Of a stretch of DNA of 64,000 nucleotides, positions 10,724-23,385 are shown in pieces. The notes under the pieces were generated by a model, which made no database searches, was not told the origin of the DNA, and saw only the letters and a list, made by a program, of their open reading frames with translations. This stretch comes from an uncultured Acidimicrobiia bacterium (lineage in GTDB: Bacteria; Acidobacteriota; Terriglobia; Versatilivoradales; Versatilivoraceae), in the NCBI GenBank assembly GCA_963786955.1, contig CAWBAT010000006.1:992001-1056000 (forward strand), given 5' to 3'. Position numbers and translations under genes: made by a program. Position 1 is the stretch's first letter. Each line of letters starts with the position of its first letter.

Positions 10724-11137
10724 TCACCCAGCCACTTCAATAGCGACTTTGCGAGCTTTTAGTGCTTCCAAAATTGCAACTTCCGCCTCCAGCAGCGCGT
10801 AAGCAGCGACCACCATCGCGTCCACCGCCTGTTGCTCTTTCTTGTCGGCGTGTTTCTCGAGTTTTTCGATCTCGCGATCGGTTTTCCAGTCCTCGTATTT
10901 GGAAATCAACTCGTCCTGCTTCTCCTCCAAGAACTGGCGGAGCCTTTGTCCCGCCTGACCTGCCTGTTCGCGTTTGGCGTCACATTTAGCCAGGGCGTTC
11001 TTCCAGCCTGCCTCCAGCCCCTCAACTTTCTGCTCCACAGCCGTAGTTAAATGATTGCTGGTGTCGGCGAGACTGTTCTCGATGGTTTTGATCTCGTCCT
11101 GCACACGGCTGATGCATTGTTCCAATTTGTTGTTCAT
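10724..11137 (-). CDS. hypothetical coiled-coil protein
   Basis: 137 aa, E/K/Q/A-rich helical composition; 25 bp downstream of ClC gene. Confidence 0.7.
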   Translation of the reverse strand: MNNKLEQCISRVQDEIKTIENSLADTSNHLTTAVEQKVEGLEAGWKNALAKCDAKREQAGQAGQRLRQFLEEKQDELISKYEDWKTDREIEKLEKHADKKEQQAVDAMVVAAYALLEAEVAILEALKARKVAIEVAG

Positions 11138-11161
11138 AGATACATTGAGATTCAGGGCATA

Positions 11162-12115
11162 TTATTTGGGGACGTCGGGTTGGGCAACGCCCGGTGTCGT
11201 CCTCTTGCTTCCGGCGAGTAACCGCTCTTTTAGCGCATCCAAAATCGGCCTGTCGCCGAATAGTGTCGGCACCAGCATGGCTGCGAAACAGGTCACAATC
11301 ATGGGCAGCAACATCGTCACGTTGGCCGTCATCTCGGTTACCAACACAATCGCGGTGAGCGGCGCTCGCACAATCGCGGTGAAAATCGCGGCCATCCCGA
11401 CCAAAGCGAAACCTTCCGGCTCCAACGCCAGGCCAGGGAACGCGAACGCACAGAGTAACCCGAACCAAAGGCCGAGTTCAGCCCCGAGCGCCACGAATGG
11501 CACGAGCAAGCCGCCCGGCGTTCCTGCGGCGACCGAAACCGCGATTAGCCCAAGCCGGAACAGGAAAAGAACCGGGAGCATGGCCAGCGTCCCCACGCCG
11601 TTTAACGCCTGTTGCGCCATTCCATCGCCACCGCCCGCCAGCGAGGGGGCAAACCATGCGATCGCGCCGACGCCCGCTCCGATGATGGCGGCGCGCAACT
11701 CGACGGGCAGATTTGGAAGCCGGGCCGTTGTCCTGAGCGTGGCGAGCAATGTCCGGTTGTAAAGCATGCCGGCGAGCCCCGCCAGGATGCCAAGCAAGAC
11801 GAAGAACGGCACCTTGAGCAAACCGGGTTCGGTCAGGGGTCCCACGGCGTATTCGGGGGCACTGCCGAAGATCGCGCGCCCGACCCAAATTGCCGCGGCA
11901 GAAGCGGCGAGCGCGGCAATCGCGATCCGCGCCTCAAACCGTTTGAGCAGCGCCTCAAAGACAAAAACCGCGCCCGCGATCGGTGCATTGAACGCGACAG
12001 CAAACCCGGCACCGGCTCCCGCGGCCAGCGGCGCGATCACGCCAAGCATGATGAGGTCACCCTGCGGCCTCCCATTAGCATCATCCTTGGCATGGTAATC
12101 CGCGTTCGGATTCAC
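11162..12115 (-). CDS. clcA: ClC family chloride channel/antiporter, internally deleted (C-terminal half)
   Basis: AAGAGAGFAVAFNAPIAG, GTPGG and VRAPLTAIVLVTEMT motifs present; GSGIP and GREGP motifs absent; only 317 aa. Confidence 0.75.
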   Translation of the reverse strand: MNPNADYHAKDDANGRPQGDLIMLGVIAPLAAGAGAGFAVAFNAPIAGAVFVFEALLKRFEARIAIAALAASAAAIWVGRAIFGSAPEYAVGPLTEPGLLKVPFFVLLGILAGLAGMLYNRTLLATLRTTARLPNLPVELRAAIIGAGVGAIAWFAPSLAGGGDGMAQQALNGVGTLAMLPVLFLFRLGLIAVSVAAGTPGGLLVPFVALGAELGLWFGLLCAFAFPGLALEPEGFALVGMAAIFTAIVRAPLTAIVLVTEMTANVTMLLPMIVTCFAAMLVPTLFGDRPILDALKERLLAGSKRTTPGVAQPDVPK

Positions 12116-12149
12116 AATGGCTGGCTTGGTATTGCCTCGTTTAGTCTGT

Positions 12150-12190
12150 GAATTCGCGGGCCGCTTCTTGCGAAGCGGCCCGCGTGGTTC
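12150..12190. repeat. intergenic hairpin repeat (copy at 13683-13723)
   Basis: gaattcgcgggccgcttc-NNNN-gaagcggcccgcgtggttc. Confidence 0.85.
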
Positions 12191-12204
12191 AACAGCGAAT
12201 CAAA

Positions 12205-13638
12205 TCACTCCACTGCTTTGACCTCGGGAATTTGCCATGAGCCGTCGAGGATGGACGGAGGCGTGGTCTTCGGCCAATAAAGGCGCATCATTAAAATAAA
12301 CTTGTCCTTCGGCGCGGGCAGCCAGTTGGACTCCTTGTCCGCGCCGGGGCTTTCATTTTGGATGTAGAGATCCACCGAACCGTCGGCGTTCGGTTTCAAA
12401 TTCTGCCGGGCGCTGATGCTGTAACGGTTGAGCGGATTGCCCACGAAGAAGTAGTCCTTGTCGTACATGGTCAGCGACCAGAACCCATCGGCGGGCGGGA
12501 GGTGGCCCTTGGGGAAGTGCATCACGTATTTCTTCGCGCCGGTGTAGGATCCGAGGACGCTTGGGCCTTCGGAAGTGGGATAAATCGCGTCCTGCGGACG
12601 ATTGGCCCCGAGGCCGATGGCCGTGATGAGGGCCCGCTGGAGGTAGTTCACGCCGTACTCGCCGGTCTTCGTGGTGAACAGCCAGCCATGTTCCAGCTTG
12701 CTGTCGCCGGCGATGATTCCTTCCTTCAGCCAGAGCATGATTTTCTCATTGGCGATCTTCGGCACCTCGGGAAGGGCCTTCTTCGCCACCGGGCCGAGCT
12801 TGCTGCTGTCGAACGGTTGCCCGGGAACAATGCCGAGCTTCGCGAGCTTGGCGAGCATCGGTTTGTCCGCGGCGTTCGGCGGATTGTCCTTCATCAATTT
12901 GGCCAGCAGATTGAAATAGTTGTCCGCGCTGAGCGCATTGACCTGCTCGCGCACCGCGGTTTTCATGTCAATGGACGGGTCCACCTTGCCCGGAGGCGGC
13001 GTGTAGGGCTTGCCGTAGGAACTGAGCGGCACGACGGAAACCTGGTCCTGCAGCTTGTGGACGGTGGCGTAATCCTCGGGCGTGCCGGTGCAATAGATGC
13101 GGCCGAGCAGCCAGACGAGGGCGGTCGGTGATTTGTATTCCTTCACGCCCGCCGGCAGTTTGCCCTTCCAGCCGGGACCGGTGATGGCGTAGGTCTGCGC
13201 GCCGGTGCCGGTGGTGCGTTTGCCGGGGACTTGGAACACGTCGGTCCAGCCATCGAGCATCGGGAACAGATAATAGCGGTCGTGCGCGTCCGGCAGGCTC
13301 AACACCCACGGCTCTTTTCCCACGTCAATCCAGGCCGAGGTGTAAAGCGTGTCGGCGTTGGGAGCGGTGACGTCGCGAAACGCGGCGGACGGATACTGGC
13401 GCATCCGCACGAACTGCCCCATCGGCGCGCGCGTGCCTTCGGGCTCGCGGACGTTGGTCATCACGCGCCGGGTCATTTCCATCGTCACGAGTGGATAGCC
13501 ATAAACGTAGGCGTCAATGGCCTCGGGCACGGCTTCGAAGACGTTCTCCGCGGCCTGAATTGGATTGCTGGCGATACCAAGCGCGACACACGCGAGGCCC
13601 GCTGCCAGCACACGTTGGATGCTTGTTCGATTCTTCAT
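12205..13638 (-). CDS. DUF1254/DUF1214 domain secreted protein (paralog 2)
   Basis: 477 aa; signal peptide; AYVYGYPLV, APNADTLY and FWSLTMY motifs; NWLPAP. Confidence 0.9.
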   Translation of the reverse strand: MKNRTSIQRVLAAGLACVALGIASNPIQAAENVFEAVPEAIDAYVYGYPLVTMEMTRRVMTNVREPEGTRAPMGQFVRMRQYPSAAFRDVTAPNADTLYTSAWIDVGKEPWVLSLPDAHDRYYLFPMLDGWTDVFQVPGKRTTGTGAQTYAITGPGWKGKLPAGVKEYKSPTALVWLLGRIYCTGTPEDYATVHKLQDQVSVVPLSSYGKPYTPPPGKVDPSIDMKTAVREQVNALSADNYFNLLAKLMKDNPPNAADKPMLAKLAKLGIVPGQPFDSSKLGPVAKKALPEVPKIANEKIMLWLKEGIIAGDSKLEHGWLFTTKTGEYGVNYLQRALITAIGLGANRPQDAIYPTSEGPSVLGSYTGAKKYVMHFPKGHLPPADGFWSLTMYDKDYFFVGNPLNRYSISARQNLKPNADGSVDLYIQNESPGADKESNWLPAPKDKFILMMRLYWPKTTPPSILDGSWQIPEVKAVE

Positions 13639-13682
13639 GGGATTTCTACCTTTCGATTGATGCTGATGTGTTTGTTGACTGC

Positions 13683-13723
13683 GAATTCGCGGGCCGCTTC
13701 TGGCGAAGCGGCCCGCGTGGTTC
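13683..13723. repeat. intergenic hairpin repeat (copy at 12150-12190)
   Basis: Near-identical 41 bp palindrome. Confidence 0.85.
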
Positions 13724-13738
13724 TTAAGCGAAACGACG

Positions 13739-15256
13739 TTACTTCACAAGCTCGATTTCACTGGGCCGCCAGATCTTGTCGAACCAAGGCTCCAGCGGAC
13801 CGTAGAGGCGCAGGATCATGAACCAACCCTTGCCGGGAATCGTTTGGATCCAGTTGTTCTCCATTCCCGCCGGGGCTTTCGGGCCAAAATAGACATCCAC
13901 GGAGCCGTCCGCATTGATCTTGATTCCTTTGTTTTGGCTGCTGACGCTCGGGGACTGTTGATCCGTCTGGACCATGGAGCGGGTCTGGTTGTCATAGACA
14001 ATGACGGACCAGAAATCCTTCACCGGCACGTTGGGCGGAAGATGCATTTTGTAGGACTTTTCGCCAGAGAAGGGGTTGCCGTTGGAGTCCTGAACGGACC
14101 AGGGATATTGCGAACCTTTGCCGACCATCTTCATCTCCATCGCGGGCGTCACGCCGGTGGCGAAGTAATAATAGAAGATGTAGCCGTCCATGTTTGTCAC
14201 GCCGGGCGAACTCTCGAACTTGTAGCCGCCGAAGAAGGGCAGGCGCCACGTACTGTTCGGGAAGTAATAGGCATCCTTGCCGCGGATCTTGAAGGCGATG
14301 GTTCGGGCGGTGACGGCGCCGATGTTCGCCGCGTCGGTGAGGATCTTCTTCATCCGCTCGTCGGGGGCGAAGGGTTTGCCCTTAACGATGCCGACAGAGG
14401 CGAAGAGGCCGAGCGTCGTCGGGTCACTGCCGCCAGGGGGCTCCTCCTGGATGACCTTGTTGAGCATTTCCCAGAACGCATAGTCGCCGGGCGCGACGTA
14501 GTTGGCCGGCACGCCGGAGCCGTTGACGAATTTCATCGCGGGTGGTTTGGCGGCATCGGCGAGTTGATAGACCTTGAAATGCGCTTTCACCGAATCCACG
14601 CCAGGCTTCGTCGAGCCATCCACCACAAAGGCGCGGAACACAAGCCAGTTGCCGTAGGTGCTCGGCCGCACGACGAAATAGCCGGTCGGGACCTCGCCTT
14701 TGTAATCGGGCGGCAGGATGAGATATTTGCCGCCTTTGCCTTGATCTTCGCCGGTGATGCCGACGTCAGCCACCCAGCGATACCAGAAATCATTGAACAA
14801 TCCCAAGACCATCGGCGGCACTTCCACGACGAGCGGGCCCTTGTGCGTGTCAACCCAGACGAAGTTGTAGATGGTGTTGTCGTTCGCCGTCAGTTCCACC
14901 GTGCGGGCATCCACCAGATTTTCCCAGATGACATCCGTCTGGTTGTCGGGTCCATTCTTGCGGATTGAATCGCGCATCCCGGCCTGGTTCACGATGGGGA
15001 TGGCCATGAGATAAGCCTGCAACGCGCGGGAGCGGTCGAGGTTGTCGTAGATTTTCTCCACCGTCGCCGCATTGGGGTAACCGTAGTCCAAGTGCAGCGT
15101 GCCGATTGAAGATTCGACCTTGTCCGGCACGGCGACGCCCGGCGCAATCGGCGTGGTGTATTTGTACTGCTTGGCTGACTCGGCTGTCGCACAGACGGTC
15201 AGCAGTGTGATGGCACCGGCCAAAGCCAGTGTCGTGCAGAACTGTATCCTCTTCAT
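13739..15256 (-). CDS. DUF1254/DUF1214 domain secreted protein (paralog 3)
   Basis: 505 aa; signal peptide; TANDNTIY, GKGGKYL and FWSVIVYD motifs; strongly similar to 1991-3523. Confidence 0.9.
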   Translation of the reverse strand: MKRIQFCTTLALAGAITLLTVCATAESAKQYKYTTPIAPGVAVPDKVESSIGTLHLDYGYPNAATVEKIYDNLDRSRALQAYLMAIPIVNQAGMRDSIRKNGPDNQTDVIWENLVDARTVELTANDNTIYNFVWVDTHKGPLVVEVPPMVLGLFNDFWYRWVADVGITGEDQGKGGKYLILPPDYKGEVPTGYFVVRPSTYGNWLVFRAFVVDGSTKPGVDSVKAHFKVYQLADAAKPPAMKFVNGSGVPANYVAPGDYAFWEMLNKVIQEEPPGGSDPTTLGLFASVGIVKGKPFAPDERMKKILTDAANIGAVTARTIAFKIRGKDAYYFPNSTWRLPFFGGYKFESSPGVTNMDGYIFYYYFATGVTPAMEMKMVGKGSQYPWSVQDSNGNPFSGEKSYKMHLPPNVPVKDFWSVIVYDNQTRSMVQTDQQSPSVSSQNKGIKINADGSVDVYFGPKAPAGMENNWIQTIPGKGWFMILRLYGPLEPWFDKIWRPSEIELVK

Positions 15257-15358
15257 CGTTTTTGATCCCCTGTTGGTCGTTTGTCACCTCGATGGTGAAG
15301 TCGCGGGCCGCATCCCGTGAAAGATACGGCCTGCGCGTTTCACAACCGAAATTAAGGA

Positions 15359-17873
15359 TTACTTCGCGTCTGCGGCCTGCTTCATGCCCTCCTCGAGTTT
15401 CTTGATGTCGTCCGGTGACAACTGTGGCCGGTCTACTTTGATCGTCAGCTTGTTCAGCTTGCCAGAAAAGGTGAATGGGGGCTTGTAGTCGGCGTCGTTC
15501 ACGCCGGTGAGCGTGTCGGAACCGACGTCGAAGCTTTCGTCCCATTGCAGGATCATGGGCAGGGTGTGCGGCATTGTAATGGTTTGGACAGCTTTGCCGT
15601 CCACCTTGAGCGTGCCCGTGCCGCCCTTGCCCAGGCCACTCATGTTGTTGAACATGAGCGTGCCCAGGCCCAAGCCGTCATACTTGAAGTCAAACACCAG
15701 CGTGTGCTTGCCGGGCGTGAGCGCGTCCGGGCCTTCCCAACGAATGCGCTTCAGGTCAACGAGGTTCCAGAGGAACACCGGCTTGCCTTTGAGCAGGTAA
15801 AAGCCGTAGCCGCCGAACCGTCCACCGGAGGTTACAATCATGCCCTCGGCGCCACTCGCTGGCACCTCGATGTCCGCCGTGAAGGTGTAGGAGGCGTCGA
15901 GGATCATCGGCGAATCGCCCTGCGGCAATCCCACCATGGGCCGGGTGTAAACGAACTCCGTGCGCCCGGCGGTGATGTTCGGACGAGGAGCCACAATTCG
16001 GGCGGCGACTGAGGCGTCGAGCGGGAAGACCTGATACTTCTTCGCTTCCTGAATGAACATTGCCTTCATCGCTTTGACTTTGTCGGGGAATTTACTGGCA
16101 ATATTCTGGGACTGACTGAAGTCCTTATTCAGGTCGTAAAGTTCGAGCACCTGGTTGTTGAGCGGGTCGGGATTGGCGGGACCGAAGGCTTCCCACGGCG
16201 CGCGATTCACCTTGGTGCTGAGCAGCAAGCCTTCGTGATACAGTGCCCACTGGCCAAACATCTCGAAATACTGGGTCTTGTGCTGCGACGGCACCTTGGC
16301 GTTCTTCGCGTCAAACGTATAGGCCAGGCTTGTGCCCTCGATCGGGCTTTGCTTGATGCCATCCACATACTCGGGCTGGGCGATGCCGCTGACCTCGAGG
16401 ATGGTGGGCACGATATCAATGACGTGGCAGAACTGCTCGCGGAGAGCGCCTTTGTCCTTGATGTGCCCGGGCCAAGAGATGGTCATGCACTGACGAATGC
16501 CGCCGAGCTTCGAGGCATTCTGCTTGAACCAGGTGAAGGGCGTGTCAAAGGCCCAGGACCAACCGGCCGACATGTGGTTGTAGGTCTGCTCCGTTCCCCA
16601 GACGTCGTACCACTTCATCTGGTCGGCGACCGGCATCATGTTGATGCCGTTGAAGAATGCAACTTCGTTGGGCGTGCCGAGCGGGCCGCCTTCTGCGCTA
16701 GTGCCGTTGTCGCCGTTTATGTAGATGATGAGTGTGTCGTCCAGCTTGCCCATGTCTTCGATGGTTTGGATGACGCGGCCAATTTCGTAGTCGCTGTAGG
16801 CCTCATAGGCCGCGAAGATTTCCACCTGTTTGATGAAGAGCTTTTTCTCTTCAGCGGTGAGTTGGTCCCACGGCTTCAGCACTTTGCTGGGCCACGGTTC
16901 GATTTGCGTGTCTGCCGGGATGACGCCGAGCTTCTTTTGATTCTCGAAGATGCGCTCGCGCAGCTTCTCGTAGCCGTCGTCGAAGAGGTGCATGTTGTGG
17001 ATTTTATCCACCCATTCCTTGGTCGGATGATGCGGAGCGTGCGTGGCGCCGGGAACGTAGTAGCAGAAGAACGGTTTGCTCGGGCTGGATTTGGTTGATG
17101 CGATTGAGATAATCAATGGCGTCGTCGGCCATCCCGGTGATCAGATTCCAACCCGGCTTACCTTGGAAGGGATAGATCTGGGTGGTGTTGCGGAAGAGGT
17201 TTGGCTCCCACTGATTTGCGTCGCCTCCGACGAACCCGTAGAAGTATTCGAATCCCTGCCCGATGGGCCAATTCTCAAACGGTCCGACCTGACTGGCCGC
17301 GAAGGCCGGCACGTTGTGATCCTTGCCGAACCAGGAGGTGGCAAAGCCGTTTTCTTTGAGGATGCGACCGATGGTGGCCTTGTCCTTGGCGATGATGCTG
17401 TTATAACCAGGGAAGCCGGTGGATTGCTCCGAGATCACGCCGAACCCGGCCGAGTGGTGGTTGCGTCCAGTGATCAACGCGGCGCGAGTCGGCGAACACA
17501 GTGCGGTGGAATGAATGTTGTTGTAGCGCAGACCGGTCTTCGCGAGGCGATCCATTGTCGGTGTCGGGATGACGCCACCAAAGGTGCTCGGCACGCCGAA
17601 ACCGGAATCGTCCGTCATGATCAGCAGCACGTTGGGCGCGCCTTTCGGGGGCACGATGCGCGGCGCCCACCAGGCTTTGGACTGGAGGGCGCCGTCCTTG
17701 ATCACGCCGCCGAACGGCGGATCGGGCGCCGGAAGCTGTTTCCCGTCAATCGTGGTGGTGGCGCCGGGCGAACCCGGCTCGCCGGTGGTCTTTTGAGCGG
17801 AAGCAGATAATGCAGTCGTCAAGATAAAGGCAGCCACCGCCGCCCAATAAAAGAATTGTTTGATTACTTTCAT
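15359..17873 (-). CDS. arylsulfatase (long type), split by one frameshift near 17083
   Basis: Start MKVIKQFF (17873) with signal peptide; NVLLIMTDD, CSPTR sulfatase motif, GKDH, THAPH, GDNG; frames 17004-17978 and 15359-17116 join if one C is removed from cagcccgagc. Confidence 0.88.
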
Positions 17874-18435
17874 GGATTTCTCCTTTTCGTTATTCCTGTA
17901 GGTCTTTCGAAAATTGAGTCGATGCAAACGAACAACCCGCAACGACGATGCCCAGCCGTCTTCGACCCACTTGACCATATCAATAGGAAATTTCCTATTG
18001 AAAACATCCGTAGCGGCCTGAGATTTTCTCAGAGACTCTATCTCACCCGGCTATTTCTATGACTTCACTTAGTGATCGAACAACTCAAAAAAGCATCAAA
18101 TATTTTGCACATTTTCTATTCGAATGCAATCACAGTAAGCATGGAAAGTTTCATTCTGGCAGCATCTTGTCCTTCCCTCTTTACCACTGGCACTTTTTTT
18201 GCGACTCTTTGCGGCTAAAAAAGTCGGGACCACAAGAAGGCACAAAACGCACAAAGTGGTTCAAAGCTTTTTCTTCTAGAAATGTCACTACTCCTTTAGC
18301 TATTCTTTGATCCCTCGAGAGCCGCATAGCGGCAACCTGTTTATAGAACGGCGTGTCTTCTAATAACTTCGATCTCCGGAGGAGCGGCCTATGAACGGCG
18401 AGCGCGCCCTACCGGAAACCATAGATCGCTCCTGC

Positions 18436-18570
18436 CTTAGTGCTGCTTTTCATAAATACGGTAACGTTAACGCCGGGTGGGTGACCCGGCCTACAACTTT
18501 GTAGGCCGCGTGACCCCACGCGGCGCCTATCTCAAGATATGTCACCGCAATTACGAATAGCAGCACTAAG
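18436..18570. mobile_element. 135 bp MITE-like element enclosing GTAG-type REP palindromes
   Basis: Terminal inverted repeats cttagtgctgct.ttc.taa / tta.gaa.agcagcactaag; inverted copy of the same length at 55134-55268; overlaps hdeD stop. Confidence 0.8.
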
Positions 18571-19111
18571 CTAGGCGAGCACGCAGCCCACGTAATTTGA
18601 AAGAGAATGCGATCAGGATGATCCCAAAAAGGAGAGCATAGGTCGCAATCAGCCAAAGCAGGCTCAAGGCTCCGGCGCCCGGCGCCCACATCAATAGCAA
18701 CGCGAAAAAGATGGAGACAATCCCCCCAAATGCCAGCCAAGCCTCCCCCTGAATGATTTTGCGCAAGCGGACTGCCGCAATGATCAGCAGGACTCCGCTG
18801 ACCAGGCTCCAGATGGCGATGAAGAACAAAAGTATGACGGCTGTCATGGCCGGATTTCGAAAGGTAATCATCCCCACCCAAACCCCCAAAAGACCATCAA
18901 TCAGAGGCAGCCACCTGTCTTCCTCGTGCTTCCATCCTCTGAGGGCATGGATGAGCATGAAGATCCCATTCACAAAAACGTAGGCGCCGAAGAAAATGAC
19001 CAAAGTCGCCAGAGTAATTCCCGGATTTGCCAGAGTGAACACCCCAAAGGTGATAGCAAAAAGCCCTCTCAGCAGCATGACCCACCAATGTCGCGCTAGT
19101 AATTCGAGCAT
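18566..19111 (-). CDS. hdeD: HdeD family acid-resistance membrane protein (DUF308)
   Basis: Start MLELLARHWWVMLLRG (aaggag RBS); six hydrophobic helices in the DUF308 repeat pattern. Confidence 0.85.
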   Translation of the reverse strand: MLELLARHWWVMLLRGLFAITFGVFTLANPGITLATLVIFFGAYVFVNGIFMLIHALRGWKHEEDRWLPLIDGLLGVWVGMITFRNPAMTAVILLFFIAIWSLVSGVLLIIAAVRLRKIIQGEAWLAFGGIVSIFFALLLMWAPGAGALSLLWLIATYALLFGIILIAFSFKLRGLRARLA

Positions 19112-19413
19112 ATGTGATCTCCTTGTTCTTTCTTTGTCTAATCTGACCCTTTGATTCGCACTCGCCCATGCGAAGCAACAACTTTGACTCTTGTCCATTC
19201 CCCCGCAGATTTTGGCGCTCCCCGATTTACCTTGTCAAATGTGAAATCTTAGCGGGATTTGCATCCCATCGGGCTCCCCAGAACCTAACGGTCGATTAAC
19301 AAAAAAGCTATGGGTAGGATTTCACAGAAGCGAGACGCCGAGGACAATGAACTTTCCATACTTCTACCATACATTCTGGAACCGAACTGTCTTTTCCAAG
19401 AGACCCTTGGCGA

Positions 19414-19809
19414 TCACTTCGGCCTCTCGATACTCGGGGAGGGCTTACGCTGCAGGCTCACAAGGCACCAGGCGGTCATGGCTGTATGAAGAACAACTGC
19501 CGGCCACAGGGCGATACCAACCAATCTCAAGCTGATTCCGGCAATGGCAAGGATCGCTGCAACGGCAAGGTTATACAGCACCATTGCGCGAACTAACGCC
19601 TTCACGGCTAGGCTTCCGTCGTCTCGCGCGAACCAGCAGGCTGCTCCCAGGGCAAGCAGCGCGGCCCCGGCCACGCGTCCAAGCGTCACCGCTACAGACG
19701 CTTCAAGCCCTGAACCGAGCAGCAGCACCACCGTTACCGACGGGCAACACAGCAATGCCGCACCGGCGCCCAACTCAATCACTGCCGACACGGTCAGTAA
19801 GTTCTTCAT
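19414..19809 (-). CDS. hypothetical 4-TM membrane protein
   Basis: 131 aa, four hydrophobic segments. Confidence 0.7.
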   Translation of the reverse strand: MKNLLTVSAVIELGAGAALLCCPSVTVVLLLGSGLEASVAVTLGRVAGAALLALGAACWFARDDGSLAVKALVRAMVLYNLAVAAILAIAGISLRLVGIALWPAVVLHTAMTAWCLVSLQRKPSPSIERPK

Positions 19810-20014
19810 TGGCGTCTTCCATCAGTTGTGACGAGCGCGTACTTTTCAGCCATTGTGCTTGTGCCGGCGTGACAAATCCAACAGCCCCCGATTATCGCGC
19901 AGGCCGCGATAATCGTGGCTACCAGGACAGAAGCAATTTAGGGACTATGGCCTTTCAAGTAGCAAACATCGATTCATGCGTCTGCATTAAATTGAGCCCG
20001 CTTTCGTGACACGC

Positions 20015-20347
20015 TTAAGGAATCATGCCGCAATCGAACATTTTGTTGGCGATGGGTGCTGCAATTTTGTTGATGAATGCCATGCGCATCTGGGGATCGT
20101 TCTTCAGAAATCCGATCACTTTCTGTTCTTGAGCCGACGGCGGTGCCTTTTCGCTCTTCTTGATCCACAATTGCTCGCAGGTCGACGTCTGGTACTTTTG
20201 GATGATCTTATTGGCGACCTGGTCCATGATCGGGAACTGCTGCGGCGGCTCAGCTTTGGCGTTGCCGGGGCGAAGCAGCGTGAATCCCAGCAATAAGAGA
20301 GGGAACAGCGCCAGCACGATAATCCAGTGGGTGTAACGTTTCATCAT
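20015..20347 (-). CDS. small secreted hypothetical protein (two Cys)
   Basis: 110 aa; signal peptide; CEQLW...MFDCGMIP; aaggag RBS. Confidence 0.75.
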   Translation of the reverse strand: MMKRYTHWIIVLALFPLLLLGFTLLRPGNAKAEPPQQFPIMDQVANKIIQKYQTSTCEQLWIKKSEKAPPSAQEQKVIGFLKNDPQMRMAFINKIAAPIANKMFDCGMIP

Positions 20348-20482
20348 AACTTTCTCCTTTGTCTCAATTTAAACTTCCAGCCATTCTACTTCTGCCTCGG
20401 ACCCAACAAGACTTTGACATCTTGTCGGGAGCCGAGTCAATCCATTCCCCGCCCGACAGCCCACGGAGAGAAATGCACCCTC

Positions 20483-20669
20483 CGTGGCTACCAGACCGCT
20501 CTCATCGAAGACATGCAAACGGCGCAGTTTTTCGCCTCCCACCCCCCTGTAATCCCCCCTTGTGCAAGGGGGGAGCATGTTCGCATTGTCCTACCTTGTG
20601 CAAAGAGGGACCAAGTTCTTATTGTCCCCCCTTAAACAAGAGGGGACTTGAAGGGGGGGCCTTCAAACC
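20483..20669. repeat. about 186 bp direct repeat, CCCCCTT-N-AAGGGGG family (copy at 23096-23281)
   Basis: Long near-identical blocks incl. cattgtcctaccttgtgcaaagagggaccaagttcttattgtcc; relatives at 28775-28880, 37395-37480, 47832-47875. Confidence 0.9.
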
Positions 20670-20697
20670 CGTGGCCACTGAAAATGTCGATCTGAAC

Positions 20698-20732
20698 AAA
20701 AAAAATGCGGGCGACCCTTGCGAGCCGCCCGC
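20698..20732 (-). terminator. Rho-independent terminator of arylsulfatase
   Basis: gcgggcg..cgcccgc stem followed by a T8 tract on the - strand. Confidence 0.8.
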
Positions 20733-20749
20733 CGTGAAAGACATTGCGG

Positions 20750-22387
<1,638 letters not shown>

Positions 22388-22529
22388 TTTTTCTTGCCTC
22401 CGTCTAGTTTTGTGAATTTGTTTTTTTACGATCTAACCCCATTTGCCAAGGCTTAATACCCCCCAAAGCAATTTGTTAAGTCTCGCGCGTGACACCACAG
22501 TTTTTCGTAGCCGCGACGAATTCGCTTGC

Positions 22530-22584
22530 TGTAGCCGGCCTCGCTGAGGCCGGTCCCATCCGGGGTCAGCGACCCCGGCTACAA
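22530..22584. repeat. GTAG-type REP doublet
   Basis: tgtagccggcctcgctgaggccgg...ccggggtcagcgaccccggctaca; relatives at 23297-23321 and 53270-53321. Confidence 0.8.
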
Positions 22585-23095
22585 CCCATTTGTTTGAAAA
22601 TACGCACAATCCAATCCTCTTATGCTATACAAGTCTCCCCAATCGTGCAATTGGGAAATTGACTCGTTTTCCAAGAAATTGACGTGGGTGCCTATGTTTC
22701 CAAAAACCATGCGAATAATCAAAACGCCAGGAGCGCCAAGAATAGAGGGTGATGCTTCGCCAGCCCAGTGTCCATAGACGTCTCGTCAGCAGTCCAGAAA
22801 GATTTTGCCCTTGGCGATCTTTGCGTTCTTGGCGGTTCGAATATTCTGAGAGCAATGATGCGCCAGCAAAAACACGTCTTAACTGGAGGATCTTGGAGCG
22901 ACTGCGATTTCCGCCACTTCGCAGGAGAAGTGCTTTGTTTTAAAAGACCACAATCCACCCTGCTTTACACCTAACCAAAGGGAGAATGAATGCGCAGGAT
23001 TTCCGTTGTGTTGCGGGAATGTTAATTTTTCATGAATTGAGTAATCTTAGGCAGGGCTTCTAATTACCTGGACCTTATTGCTGTAGGGTTCTCAG

Positions 23096-23281
23096 CGTGG
23101 CTAACAGGCAACTCTCATCGAAGACATGCAAACGGCACATGTCTTCGCCACCCACCCCCCTGTAATCCCCCCTTGTGCAAGGGGGGAACAGATTTGCATT
23201 GTCCTACCTTGTGCAAAGAGGGACCAAGTTCTTATTGTCCCCCCTTAAACAAGGGGGGACTTGAGGGGGGTCCATCAAACC
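23096..23281. repeat. about 186 bp direct repeat (copy at 20483-20669)
   Basis: See 20483-20669. Confidence 0.9.
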
Positions 23282-23385
23282 TGTACCCGCGATCTACCGG
23301 GGTCGACGACCCCGGCTACAACTGTTCAAAGGCGGAGACTGCGCGATCTATCTATATGAGAAATGGCAACTCTGAGGGCAGTTCC

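Noticed and set aside
17060-17110. Programmed frameshift in the sulfatase
   Set aside because: No slippery heptamer; a single extra C in a short run, like other probable indel errors
18187-18203. Sigma-54-like TGGCACTTTTTTTGC
   Set aside because: Points along the + strand where no gene follows and overlaps a repeat-like tract
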